A DNA stretch of 63,723 bases, the filler included, from Chiloscyllium plagiosum (lineage: Eukaryota), in NCBI RefSeq assembly GCF_004010195.1. It is 5 parts of one record of this genome, joined end to end, with 100 filler letters (N's around TTAATTAATTAA, not from the genome) between each part and the next. Parts side by side here need not be neighbours in the genome. Positions count along the whole stretch, not along the records: positions 20,188 to 44,750 come from NC_057714.1; 4 more parts are not named here. One strand, written 5' to 3'. The stretch's first letter is position 1. Every line of letters starts with the position of its first letter. Of the stretch, positions 25,601-37,449 are shown one piece after another. The position numbers and the translations under genes were made by a program. The notes under the pieces were generated by a model that saw only the letters and a program-made list of their open reading frames with translations, did not search any database and was not told the origin of the DNA.

Positions 25601-26325
25601 GGCTGTTTTCAAGTTAATAAAACATCAGCAATGATTTCACCCATTAGCTTGTCTATTCATTTATCTTCATCTCACGAATTCTTGAATCATTGCTAAAAAA
25701 AAAGTTTCTGATCCTTAAAAAGAAGCCAGGCACCTTCACAGAACAAAGACCCAAACCTACCTATCTCTACTTTATAACCAATAATAGTAATAACATATTA
25801 TAAACTTCTATTACAACATCAAAGTCCAGCATGGTAGACATTGCCAGACTCTAGCTTGTCAATGACTAAAATCTGATTAAACCAGTGACAAATGATTTGG
25901 TACTGGGCTCTGTGAAGTGATTATAACTTCACCTTATAAGTCAAACCCTCGAATCCTGGACAATCCTGCCGACAACTAAACCAGACCTACCTAATAGTGA
26001 AGAAGCCTTTCATTAAACATTACAATGACAAAGGAGCATATTTTTGGAAGTGCTTCAGCCTACGTTGTAATTTATTTGAAATCATTTCAATTTTTGCACA
26101 GATGGAGTTTTAGTCTTTATTTCATTGCACCTGCACCAGCAGCAGCAGTGACCAGACCCGTATCGTTATTTTAATGCTCTTATTTTTATATAAAACCCTT
26201 CATGGGAAGTAGACAAGGTGTGCAAGCCGGGAAACTGCTTGGAGAAACTAAATGTGGAAATTGCACATCTGTTTGAGTCTCCTGCCTGCACCGGCTCACT
26301 CGTTCTGTTTTCTTCCTTTCCACAG

Positions 26326-26538
26326 CTGAGTACACGAGGCTCAAACCTTCAGGGAGCGCCATCCATGTACTGCGAAGCCAAACTGGCAGCCGAGCCATAC
26401 CAGGTGGCCAAGCAGCAGCTGTTTAAGGCATTGCGGAAAGCCGACCTGGGCACCTGGGTAAAGAAACCACCGGAGCAAGATCAGTTTCTGCCAACTGCGG
26501 AGGGACAGCAGGCACAGGCACTGGCTTGTGATTTTTAA
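26326..26538 (+). CDS. ADARB2: Terminal coding exon of an ADAR-family adenosine deaminase gene, most similar to ADARB2/ADAR3 (C-terminal end of deaminase domain)
   Basis: Polypyrimidine tract and acceptor (ttctgttttcttcctttccacAG ending 26325), phase 0. Translation [70 protein letters not shown] matches my recollection of human ADAR3 ([46 protein letters not shown]) better than ADAR2. TAA at 26536-26538. Confidence 0.9.
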   Translation: MSTRGSNLQGAPSMYCEAKLAAEPYQVAKQQLFKALRKADLGTWVKKPPEQDQFLPTAEGQQAQALACDF

Positions 26539-27459
26539 TATGGACTTCAACAAAAGAACGTGAAAAGCTAACCTCCAAAACTCCCCCGTTTCTTCAGAAG
26601 ACAGTTTCACGCCGTCGCCTCACCGCAACCCTCTACTGCCCCCATCACGACCAGTCTCAAAAACTGTTCACAGTATTACGGAGCTCCATTGCCCCATCGA
26701 CAATGAATTGCCTGACAGAATCACACAATCCTCCGTTTCTTACACTGCAGCTCAAAATTAACAAAATTCAACAACATTGAATCGGAAACGCAAACTGTTG
26801 GCCCAACAACTGACGTGACAAGCACTTCAGGGGGAGAGATAAAATCCTTCTTTCATCAAGTTTTCTGATAGGGTGCTTTCCTTCCAAATGCTCATTTGCT
26901 GAGCCCGTTAAATATAATTTAAGAATTAATTTCTTAATAATCTGAAATTTATGCACAGTCTCCCAATGCACAAATCTTTTCCAATTAATGTCCAAACATT
27001 GATTGGTTTAAAGTGATTATTCAATTTTGGTGAAAAGCAAACTTAAATTGAGCTATCACCGCAAAAAGCAGCCTTAGCTCCACCCGAATCAGTCCAGTTT
27101 ATTGCTGAGATAAATATCACCATATCACAAGTTAGACATGAATGAATTAACGCCAAGCAATGAGCTGTTCAGAGAAGCACAACAATCTCTTTTTGAGTCA
27201 AGACAGCCAACTCTCTAGGAAATGGGGGTAGAACCCGAGTGAAACCTAACTAAGGATTCTGGCCTGTTTGAGAATCATACTTCCACAATTAGGTTTTCAG
27301 TTTAAGGGTTGATCAAACGTTTTATAGAAAACAGGAGAAAAAAAACCCCATGAAACCAGAGCTGAGAGAATGAACTCACGGCTACACCAGAAAACAACCA
27401 GCAGCTAGATGTTGTAAAGTGGGGGATAGGGAGAATTGCCCCATTGACACACATGACCC

Positions 27460-28085
27460 ATGAAACTTACAGAATACTGAGAGGCCTGGATAGAGTGGAC
27501 CTGGAGAAAATGTTTCCACCTGTAGGTAAGACTGGGACACAAAGACATAACTTCAAAGTGAAGGGACGACCCTTTAGAACTGAGATGGGTTCTTTCAGCC
27601 AGAGGGTGGTGAATCTGTGGAACACATTGCCACAGAAGGCTGTGGAGACCAAGTCATTGACTGAGATAGGTAGATTCTTTGTCGGTGAAGGGATCAAGGG
27701 TTACAGGGAGAATGGAGTTGAGAAACATACCAGCCATGATTGAATAGGGCAGCTCCTTGGCTCAGTGATTCACACTGCTGCCTTACCAGGCCAGGGACCC
27801 CAGGTTGGATTCCAACCTCGGGTGACTGCCTGTGTGGAGTTTTTACATTCTCCCCGTGTCTATGTGGGTTTCCTCCAGGTGCTCCAGTTTCATTCCACAG
27901 TCTAAAGATTTGCAGGTTAGGAGGGTTGACCATGCTAAATTGTGCATGATGTGCAGATGGATTAGACATGTTAAATGCGGGGTTATAGGGATAGAGTGGG
28001 GGCTGGGTCAGAGTGGGATGCTCTTCGGAAGGTCCATGTGGAATCGATGGGCCGAATGGCCCAATTCTGCTCCTATATATCTCAT
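27460..28085 (+). mobile_element. CR1 3' end with inserted HE1-type SINE (~27748-28050) inside the putative 3' UTR
   Basis: ETYRILRGLDRVD..KGRPFRTEM..FSQRVVNLWNTLPQKAVE; SINE head gggcagc...tggctcagtg...actgctgcct. Confidence 0.8.
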
Positions 28086-29890
28086 GGTGACCCAAACCGA
28101 TGCCACACTCAGCTGGACTTGCAAGTGGATGAGCAATCTGCCTGCCCCTCCCAACACAGGCACGAGGCCGTTCAACTATGCAAATGGAGTTCAACAGCAA
28201 TTATAGAATCCTGAAGCAACACTCAGACACAAGTCTCTTATTTAGGTCTTGCCTGGGATCTTTGAAAGGCCTCTTGACAAACACTGCAAAACTTATACCA
28301 TTTGTCAAGCCAGAAGGAGAGGTATCACTCACAAAAATATCATTTGTCGCTGACAACTCAGACTCACTCTCCTGCATATGTGGCTATCGGCTTCAGTTTA
28401 CTTCAGTGAGGCAGAAAATGAAAAACTGCTAATAATTGTGAAAAACAGTCCATTTCTAAGTATTACTCTGTTTTTCTAACTTTTTTTCCACTCTGTGATA
28501 TGATCACCCACACTTACAACAGAGCAGTAATGTTATCAACACATGTCCGCAGTACAATTTTGGAAAGACTTTTTAAAAGATGCAGGTTTTATTTTCCAAT
28601 TCAGATTTGAAATAGATTGGATTACATGCTTGGCTGAAGCAACATGTTCCAAAAAATATGACCACGTCAGCGAGGAAATTAGCCCTGAACCATCTGAAAT
28701 GCACACGTCTTCACACCGAAAGCTGTTATTCGAGAACATTTCCCTGTTCACCCCAACCAAATAAAATTCCTGAGGTCATTTATTCGTAGCAGCCTCCAGC
28801 CATCTCTTTAGAAACTGCTGGTTAGGCCTTTAACTAAAGACTAGTCTGCATGGTGCATGCTCCCTCCCTCTGCCCCACCATCACCTCCCCGATTTGTACA
28901 TGAAGATGTCTGTCGGAGCTCTATTACATATTGAACATGAATTTTCCTGCTGCCGAGGTATCCCAATTTGGACAGGAGTGCTGCTTATCCAATTAAAAAC
29001 CTGCTTCATGATTGGATCAGAGGACCTGTGTTTTTCAAAGGGTTGATGTCCAAACCAATATGCAGTCTTCGAGTCTCCCGGTGGCTGGCTTCCACTTGAA
29101 TATGGAGCCCCATGTGAATTGAGTGCCAACCCACTGATCTCTGGCTGGGTCAGCACTAGAGGGAAGCAGTGAACAGGGATCTGGTAAATCCATTGTGAGC
29201 TTGGTCTGTGGACCTTCAGGCCCCTCACCCTGAGCCCTTTAGCCTCTGCTCGGGGCAATATTTCTTTCGCATGCTGTGCATCCACGTTTGGTTTTCTGTT
29301 TTAAGTGAAGGCTCATACAGCGGATTAGTTTTAAACAGGCATTGCAAAGATCTTTCTGCAGATTCTGGAAATAGGCAGAACAGTTCATTAAAAAATCTCG
29401 CACTGACAGCGTTACGGGGTAGTTTCCCATTAACGACTTGGTCTTATTTGTGAATGATTAGAATCGGATTTAGGGACAGAGAGAGACTCTGGAGAGCTCA
29501 GGTAATACAGAAAGTAAAAAGGCAGCTTTTCCTTTCAGAATTTCCGTTCCGATTAATACATGTGGTACAGAGTACATTTTTGCTTTCAACTCTGCACCAA
29601 TAACAGAAAGACATTTCTGTCCAATTTTAGTGTCTGGAATTTGTTTTGTGGTCTTTAAGTCATGATGACAAGAAACAGTGTTACTCATAACAAATTGACT
29701 GTACATTTCCTGATATTTTTGCTGTCTTAATTTTTAAATTTCATATTTAACAAATGTAAAAAGATTAATATTCTGTGTCATGCGACACGATATGTAAGAA
29801 GATTGGGTACTTTTGTTCGGCTCCGTTAGCAACTGAGAACATACGAGCCTTTTTTGAGGATGTAAAAAGTGTGTAATGCAATTGGTGCCA

Positions 29891-29905
29891 TGTATATACA
29901 ATAAA
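29891..29905 (+). promoter_or_regulatory. Candidate Pumilio element (TGTATATA) next to a polyadenylation signal (AATAAA)
   Basis: tgtatataCaataaa matches UGUAHAUA followed by AAUAAA, at the end of the repeat-poor post-stop region. Confidence 0.35.
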
Positions 29906-30044
29906 ATCTTGAACATGGAACTTAAACTAGAACTGTTCTGTTGCAATTTGCAATTTGCACAAAGCAGTGGCAATGAAACTACTTCCTTCACATAAAGTCA
30001 ACACAATAGAATACAAGTCAGAGGAGATAATTACTGAAACAAAA

Positions 30045-30177
30045 TAACCAAAAGAACTGCGGATGCTGGGAATCAGACATAAAAGCAAAAATTGCTGGAA
30101 ATACTCAGCAGGTCTGGCAGCATCTGTGGAGACAAAGCAGAGTTAATGTTTTGGGTCAAGAAACCCTTCTTCAGAAC
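30045..30177 (-). mobile_element. Penelope-derived short element with decayed hammerhead motif
   Basis: Minus strand CTGAAGA-AGGGT..ACCC-AAAACATT (GAAA to AAAA, consistent with CpG decay). Confidence 0.6.
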
Positions 30178-31849
30178 TGTTTATTGCTTTAGCTAGATCT
30201 CACTTGCACATGACAGGTCATGTGAATTGGCCATGCTAAATTGCCCATAGTGTTAGGTGCATTAGTCAGAGGGAAATGGTCTGGGTGGGTTACTCTTCGG
30301 AGGGTCGGTGTGGACTTGTTGGGACTGAAGGGCCTGTTCCCACACTGTAGGGAATCTAATCTAATCTATGACATTTAGTACTCTGTCTACAGGGGACTCG
30401 GTATGATGACAAGCTCGATCATATTGAATGGCACATGCTTGAGGGGCCAAATGGCCTACTCTCAATCCTATTTTCCACATTTCTACGTCATTGGCCTACT
30501 AATCCAGAGACTCAGGCTAATTTGCTGGAAACATGGGTAAAAATACCATTGTGACAACTCACCTTAAGTTAATAAAACCTACAATTGAAAGTTAGTCACT
30601 GTAATGGTGACTATGACTATCATCAATTGTCATAAAACCATCTGGTTCACTCATGTCCTTTAAGGAAGGAAATTGACCACTTCTTACTAGTTTGGCTCAG
30701 ACCCACAGCAACATGGTTGACACGATTAGAATGGTGCTGGAAAAGCAAAGCAGGTCAGGCAGCATCCGAAGAGCAGGAAAATCGACATTTCGGGCAAAAG
30801 GCCTTAATTTCTGAAAAATGTTAAAGCCTTCCTTCTCTCTTTAGAGATACTGACTGACCTGTTGTGCATTACCAATGTATTCTGTTCTTATTTTAGAGTT
30901 TCAGCATTTGTGTTCCTGCCATTTTATTTTAGTATAATATTAAAGTTTGTTTTCAACTAGCCAGGGGCAAAACTGGGCTGTGTACAATGGAAATAAATGG
31001 ATCAAAACAATGACCGCATGAGATCTGAATAAATATATACATGTGGGCAGTCAGACTAATTAGCGCTATTCACAGATTTAATGGCTGCACTCGAGGGATC
31101 TTCAGATCTCTGTTAATATGATAATGTAATTAGATGTCCATTAAATGGTCTGGTTAAGTGTGAAAATAATGAGGCATGTTTGTGATTGTGAGCAGTTTAA
31201 ATGCCTTAATGTGGATAGGTTGACGAAAATATTTTAAGTATTTCACAACTCATGCCAGTGCTTTTGTTTAGAATTGCACAGCATAAGAGAGAGAGAGTCT
31301 TGCAATCACTGAATTGGTCCTGTGCAAATGTTGCTATTGTCCAGGGAGGTATTTGCAATTACCAGTGTGATCCTGAGAACTCCTTGCAAATACTGGAATG
31401 CTCCAAGCACCCAACCTTTAAACTGTCAAATGGCTGTATCAGCTGCTCGGTAGAAAGCGTGACTGTAAATATTGTTTATTAACTGAAAAATAATGAAACA
31501 TCAAGTCAGCTACAGAGTACACATAAACTCTAACAACAATGTTCTTGTGAACTCAGAAGAAAGGCAGAAAACCATTGAACTCACAGACGCGCTGGAAATG
31601 CTTGCTGAGAAAATGGGGGATGGACAAACCAAGCGACTGTCAGCTAGTTGCACTTAACGAAACCTAAAACCTACCATTAGAGGCGAGACAAACATGCAAG
31701 GTGTCTGGCAGTTCCAGTTTCCCTGCTAGCTTCTTGGCACTTCAGCAAACATTGTTTTCCTGAGACAATGAGATAACTTCAGTCAGCAGTTGATGCCAAG
31801 CCTCTGGAGAAATGGAATGAAAGGCAATCCTCTTGGAGCTCAGATCAGG

Positions 31850-33925
31850 CCATTAGGCATCAACTGAAGGATTTAAAGGTGTTCAGAGTTCAGGACCAGC
31901 ATGTTCCTGTGATGATGAAAGGTAAGATGGCAAGATTCAGGAACCCTGGATAACAAGAAATATTGCAAGCTTATTCAAAACGAAAAAGGAGGTGTATGTA
32001 AGGTTTAGGGAACTGAAATCAAACAATGCTCCTGAGGAATGTAAAGGAAGCAGAAAAGGACTGAAACAAGGAATTAGGAGGGTGGAGAGGGACCACGAAA
32101 TGGCCATGGAAACTAGGATTCAGGAAAATCCCAAGGTATTGTGCACAAATGTTAGGAGCAAGAGGGTAACTAGGGAAAGGGTAGGTCCACTCAAGGACAA
32201 GGAAGGGAATTTATGCATGCAGCCGGATTGAGGTTCTTAATGAGTACTTTACATCGGTATTCACCAAGGAGAAGCACATGGATGATGGTTAAAATATGGA
32301 GTGGTTTGTTGATATTCTATGGCATGTTGATATTAAGAAGCTGGAGGTGTTAACTGTCTTGAGAAGCAGTAAAGTAGATAGGTCCCCAGGGTCTGACAGG
32401 ATCTATCTGATATTCCCTGATGAAGGGCTTTTGCCCGAAATGTTGATTCTCCTGCTCCTCAGATGCTAGGCAAAAGTGAGGACTGCAGATGCTGGAAACC
32501 AGAGTTTAGACCAGAGCGGTGCTGGAAAAGCACAGCAGGTCAGGCAGCATCCGAGGAGCAGGAAAATCGACGTTTCGGGCAAAAGCCCTTAATCAGGAAT
32601 GGAGACAGGAAGCCTCCAAGGTAGAGAGATAAATAGGGGGGACAGCTGGGGAGAAGATGGCAAAGAGTAAGTAGGTGAATGGGGGTGGGGATGGAGGTGA
32701 TAGATCAGAGGGGAGGCTAGAGCGGATAGGTGGGAAGGGAGATTGGCAGGTAGGACAGGTCATGGGGACAGTGCTGAGCTGGAAGTTTGGAACTGAGGTA
32801 AGATGGGGGAAGCAGAAATGAGGAAACTGGTGAAGTCCACTGCTTCCTGACCTGCTGCGCTTTTCCAGCGCCATACTCTCGACTCTAATCTCCAGCATCT
32901 TTCCCCAAGGATCTATCTGAGGATGCTGAAGTAGGCTCAGGTTCAGGGAATTGCTGGGGCCTGGAGACCTTTGATCTTTAGCCAAAGGCAAGGCCCCAGA
33001 AGACTGGAGAACAGCCAATGTGGTTTCTTTGTTTCAGAAGAGCAACAGAGATAATCCAGGAAATAATAGGCTGGTGAGCCTTACATCACTGGGACGGAAA
33101 TTATGAGAGAAGATTCTTAGAGACAGGATTTACTTGGAGGGTCTTTTTCCTAAGGGGAGGTCTGTGAATTGTGGTATTCTGCAAGGATCAGTGCTGGGAC
33201 TTCTGTTGTTTGTATTATATACAAATGATTTAGATAAAAAGTGGTCTGATCAGTAAGCTTGCAGATGACATAAAAATTGGTGGAGTTGTGGATAGTGAGG
33301 GAGGGTATCAAAGGATAGCACAAGATATCGGTCAGTTAGAAACTTAGGGGGAGAAATGGCAGATGGAGTTTAACCTCAACAAGTGTGAGCTGATTCATTT
33401 TGGGCATTCAATTGCAAAAGGAAAGCATAAATTAAGTGCCAAGACCTTTAAGAGCATTGATATACAGAGAGATTTTGGGGTACAAGTCCATAGCTCCCTG
33501 AAAATGGCAATGCAAGTGGATAAGGTGGGAAACAAAGCATATGGCAAAGTTCCATCAGTCATTGCCTTCATCAGTTGGGGCAGTGACTATAAAAGTTAGC
33601 AAGTCATGTTGCAGCCATAGGAAACTTTCATCGGGAGTTCAGTTTTGGTCAGCACACTATAGAAAAGATAGGGAGGTTTTGATAGGGCGCAAAAGAGGTT
33701 TACCAGGATGTTGCCTGGATTGGAGTGCAGTTGAGAGGTTGAACAAGCTGACATTGGTTTCATTAGACCATCAGAGGCTGTGGGGTGACCTAACAGAAGT
33801 ATAGAAAATTATGAGAGGTATGGATAGGGTGGACTACGTAGGGGGTGGTAGGTGCCTAGAACACAATGCATATATGATAGCAAAGAGACATTTAGACCGA
33901 TACATGAACAGGCAGGGAATGAGAT
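31850..33925 (+). mobile_element. Decayed CR1 LINE ORF2 interrupted by nested Penelope-derived elements (32411-32907)
   Basis: IQENPKVLCTNVRSKRVTRERVGPLKD; MEFNLNKCELIHFG; TSD AGGATCTATCTGA at 32398-32410 and 32908-32920 around the nested insert. Confidence 0.85.
32411..32907. mobile_element. Nested Penelope-derived elements carrying two oppositely oriented hammerhead motifs
   Basis: + strand CTGATGA-A-GGGCTTTTGCCC-GAAATGTT (32417-32444); minus strand CTGATTA-A-GGGCTTTTGCCC-GAAACGTC (32569-32596, core G mutated). Confidence 0.7.
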
Positions 33926-34780
33926 CATAAAACCATAAGACACAGGAGCAGATTTCGGACATTGGCTCATTGAGTCTGTTCCATAATTCGATCATGGCTG
34001 ATATGTTTCTCAACCCCATTCTCCTGCTTTCTCCCTGTGACCCTTGATCCTCTTACCAAGTGTGGTGTAAAATTATGTCCCAATACATGTGTGAATCATA
34101 GGCTCATTGAGTCTGTTCCATAATTCGATCATGGCTGATATGTTTCTCAACCCCATTCTCCTGCTTTCTCCCTGTGACCCTTAATCCTCTTACCAAGCAA
34201 TGTATCTAACTCTTTCTTAAACACACCAAATGACCTGTGGAAATGAGGTCCACAGAGTCACCACCCTCTGGCTGAAGAAGTTCCTCCTCATCTCAGTTCT
34301 AAAGGGTCACCCCTTCATTTTGAGGTTGTGCCTTCAGGGGTCCTAGTCTGTACTACAAATGGAAACATCTTCTCCATGTCCACTCTATCCAGGCCTTTCA
34401 GTATTCTGTAAGTTTTGTTGAGATACCCCCTCATCCTACTAAACTCCATCTAGACCCAGAATCCTCAACTGCTCCTATTTTGACAAATCCTTCATCCACG
34501 AGATTATTCTTGTCAACTTCCTCTGGACTTCCTCCAATGGCAGCACATCCTTCCTTATACATGGGGCCCAAAACACTTCATAATATTCATAATGCGGTCT
34601 GACCAAAGCCTTATACAGTACAGCCTCAGTAGTACATTTCTTATATTCTAGTCTTTTTGAAGTTAATGCTAATATTGCAGTTGCCTTCCTAACTGCCGAC
34701 TAAACCTACATATTAACCTTAAGAGTGTACCGAAGTACAACTCCCAAGTCTCTTTGTGCTTCAGATTTCTGAACCTGTTA
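33925..34780 (-). mobile_element. CR1 LINE 3' portion containing a 97-bp local duplication
   Basis: Reverse complement of the CR1 3' end family seen at 23100-23700; duplication 33964-34060 / 34101-34197. Confidence 0.75.
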
Positions 34781-34950
34781 AGGATTCCTTCACCTTAAGA
34801 TCCTCATTGCCTCATTACACATCATCTAAACCAGAACTGTCTATTTACTATTGGGCTATACCACAAACTGCTCTGAAAAACCATCTCGTAGACCATTCCA
34901 GGAATTCCTTTTTGTGAGATCCACCACTAACTGGATTTTCCCAGTCCACC

Positions 34951-35691
34951 TCCAAGGTCTCTTTGTTCAGCAACACTCCTGAGGACCTTACCATTAACTG
35001 TATAAGTCCTGCTCAGATTTACGTTCCCAATGCAGCACCTCACATTTATCTAAATGAAACTCCATCTGCCACTCCTCAGCCCATAGGCCCATCTGATCAA
35101 GATCCCGTTGTAACCTGAGATAACCCTCTTCGCTATCCACTACACCTCCAATTTTGGTGTCATCTGCAACTTACTAACTATACCTCTTATGCTCACATCC
35201 AAATCATTTAGATAAATGACGAAAAGTAGTAGACCCAGCACCAACACTTGTGGCACTCCGCTGGTCACAGGCCTCCAGTCTGAAAAACAACCCTCCACCA
35301 CCATCCTCTGTCTTCTACCTTTGATGGGAGGTCATGTGCGGCTGTACAGGACATTGGTTAGACCACTGTTGGAATATTGCGTGCAATTCTGGTCTTCTTC
35401 CTATTGGAAAGATGTTGTAAAACTTGAAAGGGTTCAGAAAAGATTTACAAGACTTTGCCAGGGTTGGAGGATTATAGGGAGAGGTTGAATAAGCTAGGAC
35501 TGTTTTCCCTGGAGCATCGGAGGTTGAGGGGTGACCAACATTTAAAAGGCATTTGGATGGGTATATGAATAGGAAGGTTTGGAGGGATATGGGACAGGTG
35601 CTGGCAGGTAGGACTTGATTGGGTTGGGATATCTGGTTGGCATTGACTAGTTGGAACGAATGGTCTGCTTCCGTGTTGTACATCTCTATGA
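34951..35691. mobile_element. CR1 insertion with inverted 5' part (34951-35323 minus, 35324-35691 plus)
   Basis: Minus arm covers RVVVEGCFSDWRPVTSGVPQ...VAEQRDLG; plus arm resumes at LYRTLVRPLLEYCVQFWS and ends in the ctctatga tail. Confidence 0.7.
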
Positions 35692-35720
35692 CCTGCATAT
35701 TGAAGACCACCATGATTATT

Positions 35721-35929
35721 CAACACCAGGTTATAGTCCAACAGGTTTAAATGGAAGCATACTAGCTTTTGGGGCACTGCCCCTTCATCAGGTGGTTGTA
35801 CAACTGATGAAAGAATGGCACTCTGAAAACTAGTGTGCTTCCAATTAAACCTGTTGGACTATAACTTGGTGTTGTGTGATTTTTAACTTTGTACACCCCA
35901 GTCCAACACCGGCATCTCTAAATCATGAT
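35721..35929. mobile_element. Penelope terminal fold-back mini-element with TSD
   Basis: Inverted arms caacaccaggttatagtccaacagg.../...cctgttggactataacttggtgttg; TSD CATGATTATT at 35711-35720 and 35930-35939; two decayed hammerhead motifs. Confidence 0.75.
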
Positions 35930-35939
35930 CATGATTATT

Positions 35940-37270
35940 GTAACAGTTCCTCTCTTAGATGCCATTTCTCTCTCTTGATTTATTTTCTTCCACATCCTGA
36001 CCACTGCTAGGATGCCTGAACACAACTCCCATCAAGGTATTTTCTCTTTGAGGTTCTTAACGCTACACAGACAGATGCTGTACCTTCTGACTCTATATCA
36101 CTTCTTGCTATTGATTTAATCTCAATTCTTACTAATAAGACAATCCTGCTCCCTCTGCCTGCCTTTTTGATAGGATATGTGTGCTTGGATAGTTCCCAGT
36201 CCTTATCCCCTTGCAGCCACATCTCTGTGATCAGTCCTACACTGGCTGCCCCCTTTCTCATTGTTTCGTGACCCTTTCTATACTTTCTGTCCTAGTACTT
36301 GTTCTGGAAGCTTTCATAATCTCTGCTGAACACCCCCTCCCCTTTAAGTTTTACCATAATTTTACATCAAACTAAGCACCACCCCACACCACCTCCGCCC
36401 CACCCCGATTTAGTTTAAAGCCCTATCCACAGCCCTAGTACATGATTTGCCAGGACTCTGGTCCCAACACAATCCATGGGAACAGCTCCTTCCTTCCCGA
36501 GAACTGGTGTCAATGGCCCATGAATTCAAACCCGTTTCTCCAACACTGAGTTTTGAGCCATATGTTTGACCTTGTGCCAATTGGCTCATGGCTCAGGTAG
36601 TAATCCAGAGATGATTTCCTTTTTGGTTCTGCATTTTAATTTAACCCCCACTGTATTGTTAGACCACAACAACTGAATCTTTCCCCTCTCACCCCAAGTT
36701 CCTCAGCAGCCTGGATGGGATATCCTGAACCTGGGCACCAGGGGCAGGCAACACAGCCTTCGGGACTCTCAATCATGCCCTAGAGAATAGTGTCTATTCT
36801 TCTGACTATACCATCCCAGATTACAAATACATTTCTCTTTTCTCCCCCTCTTGAATGGCTCCCTGTACCACGGTGCTGTGGGCAGTTTGCTCATCCTCCT
36901 GACAGCCCCCACTCTCAATCACAGGGATCAAGAATCTCAGACCTGTTAGACAAATGCAAGGGCTGAGCTTCCTTCAGCAATACCCTCGGATTGCTGTACA
37001 TGCCTTGCTTGTAGTCGAAGTCTCCTGTCCCCGACCAAGGTAGTTAATTTAAGCGGTGTTGACTGCCTTCTGGAACACTACATCCAGGTAACTAGTCCCC
37101 TCCCTGATTTGTTGCAGTGTTCGAAGCTTAGACTCCAGTTCAACAACTCTGAGCCAGAGTTTCTCAAGCAACCAACACTTGCTCCAGGTGTGGCCACAAT
37201 GAACCGCAATGGGGTCCACCAGCTCCTACATCATGCAGTTACAACACATCATCTGGCCCAGCATCTCTAT
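35940..37270 (-). mobile_element. Old CR1 LINE 5' portion (ORF1 and endonuclease remnants)
   Basis: VGLITEMWLQGDKDWEL..GRGSRIVLLVR endonuclease-like motif; degraded esterase-type ORF1 upstream. Confidence 0.6.
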
Positions 37271-37449
37271 TTTAATTACTTCATACTTAATTTGATTTTT
37301 AAAGCTTTTATACTGGTGTTTTAGTTTGTAGCCTGCAAATATTTCCAATATTTACCTTCAATCTGAAAGTAACTTATAATCCATAGTCAAATTAGTAGCT
37401 ATCACCAACCAATGAACTTATGGTTTGCCTGTGATGTCACTCTCTATGA

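Larger units (their letters stand above)
26539..29930 (+). other. Probable 3' UTR of the ADARB2-like gene
   Basis: Mostly unique, repeat-poor sequence after the stop, with one CR1/SINE insertion at ~27460-28085. AATAAA at 28760-28765 and 29900-29905. The 3' end is inferred, not demonstrated. Confidence 0.45.

Noticed and set aside
26218..26325. ORF-track N-terminal extension of the ADAR exon (MCKPGNC...FSSFPQ)
   Set aside because: No ADAR similarity; it runs through the polypyrimidine tract and AG acceptor, so it is intronic.
1..26325. Penultimate ADARB2 exon (GKSP.FS.NW...SRLCKH type)
   Set aside because: Searched unique stretches by eye and found no match; it probably lies upstream of the window or in a gap.
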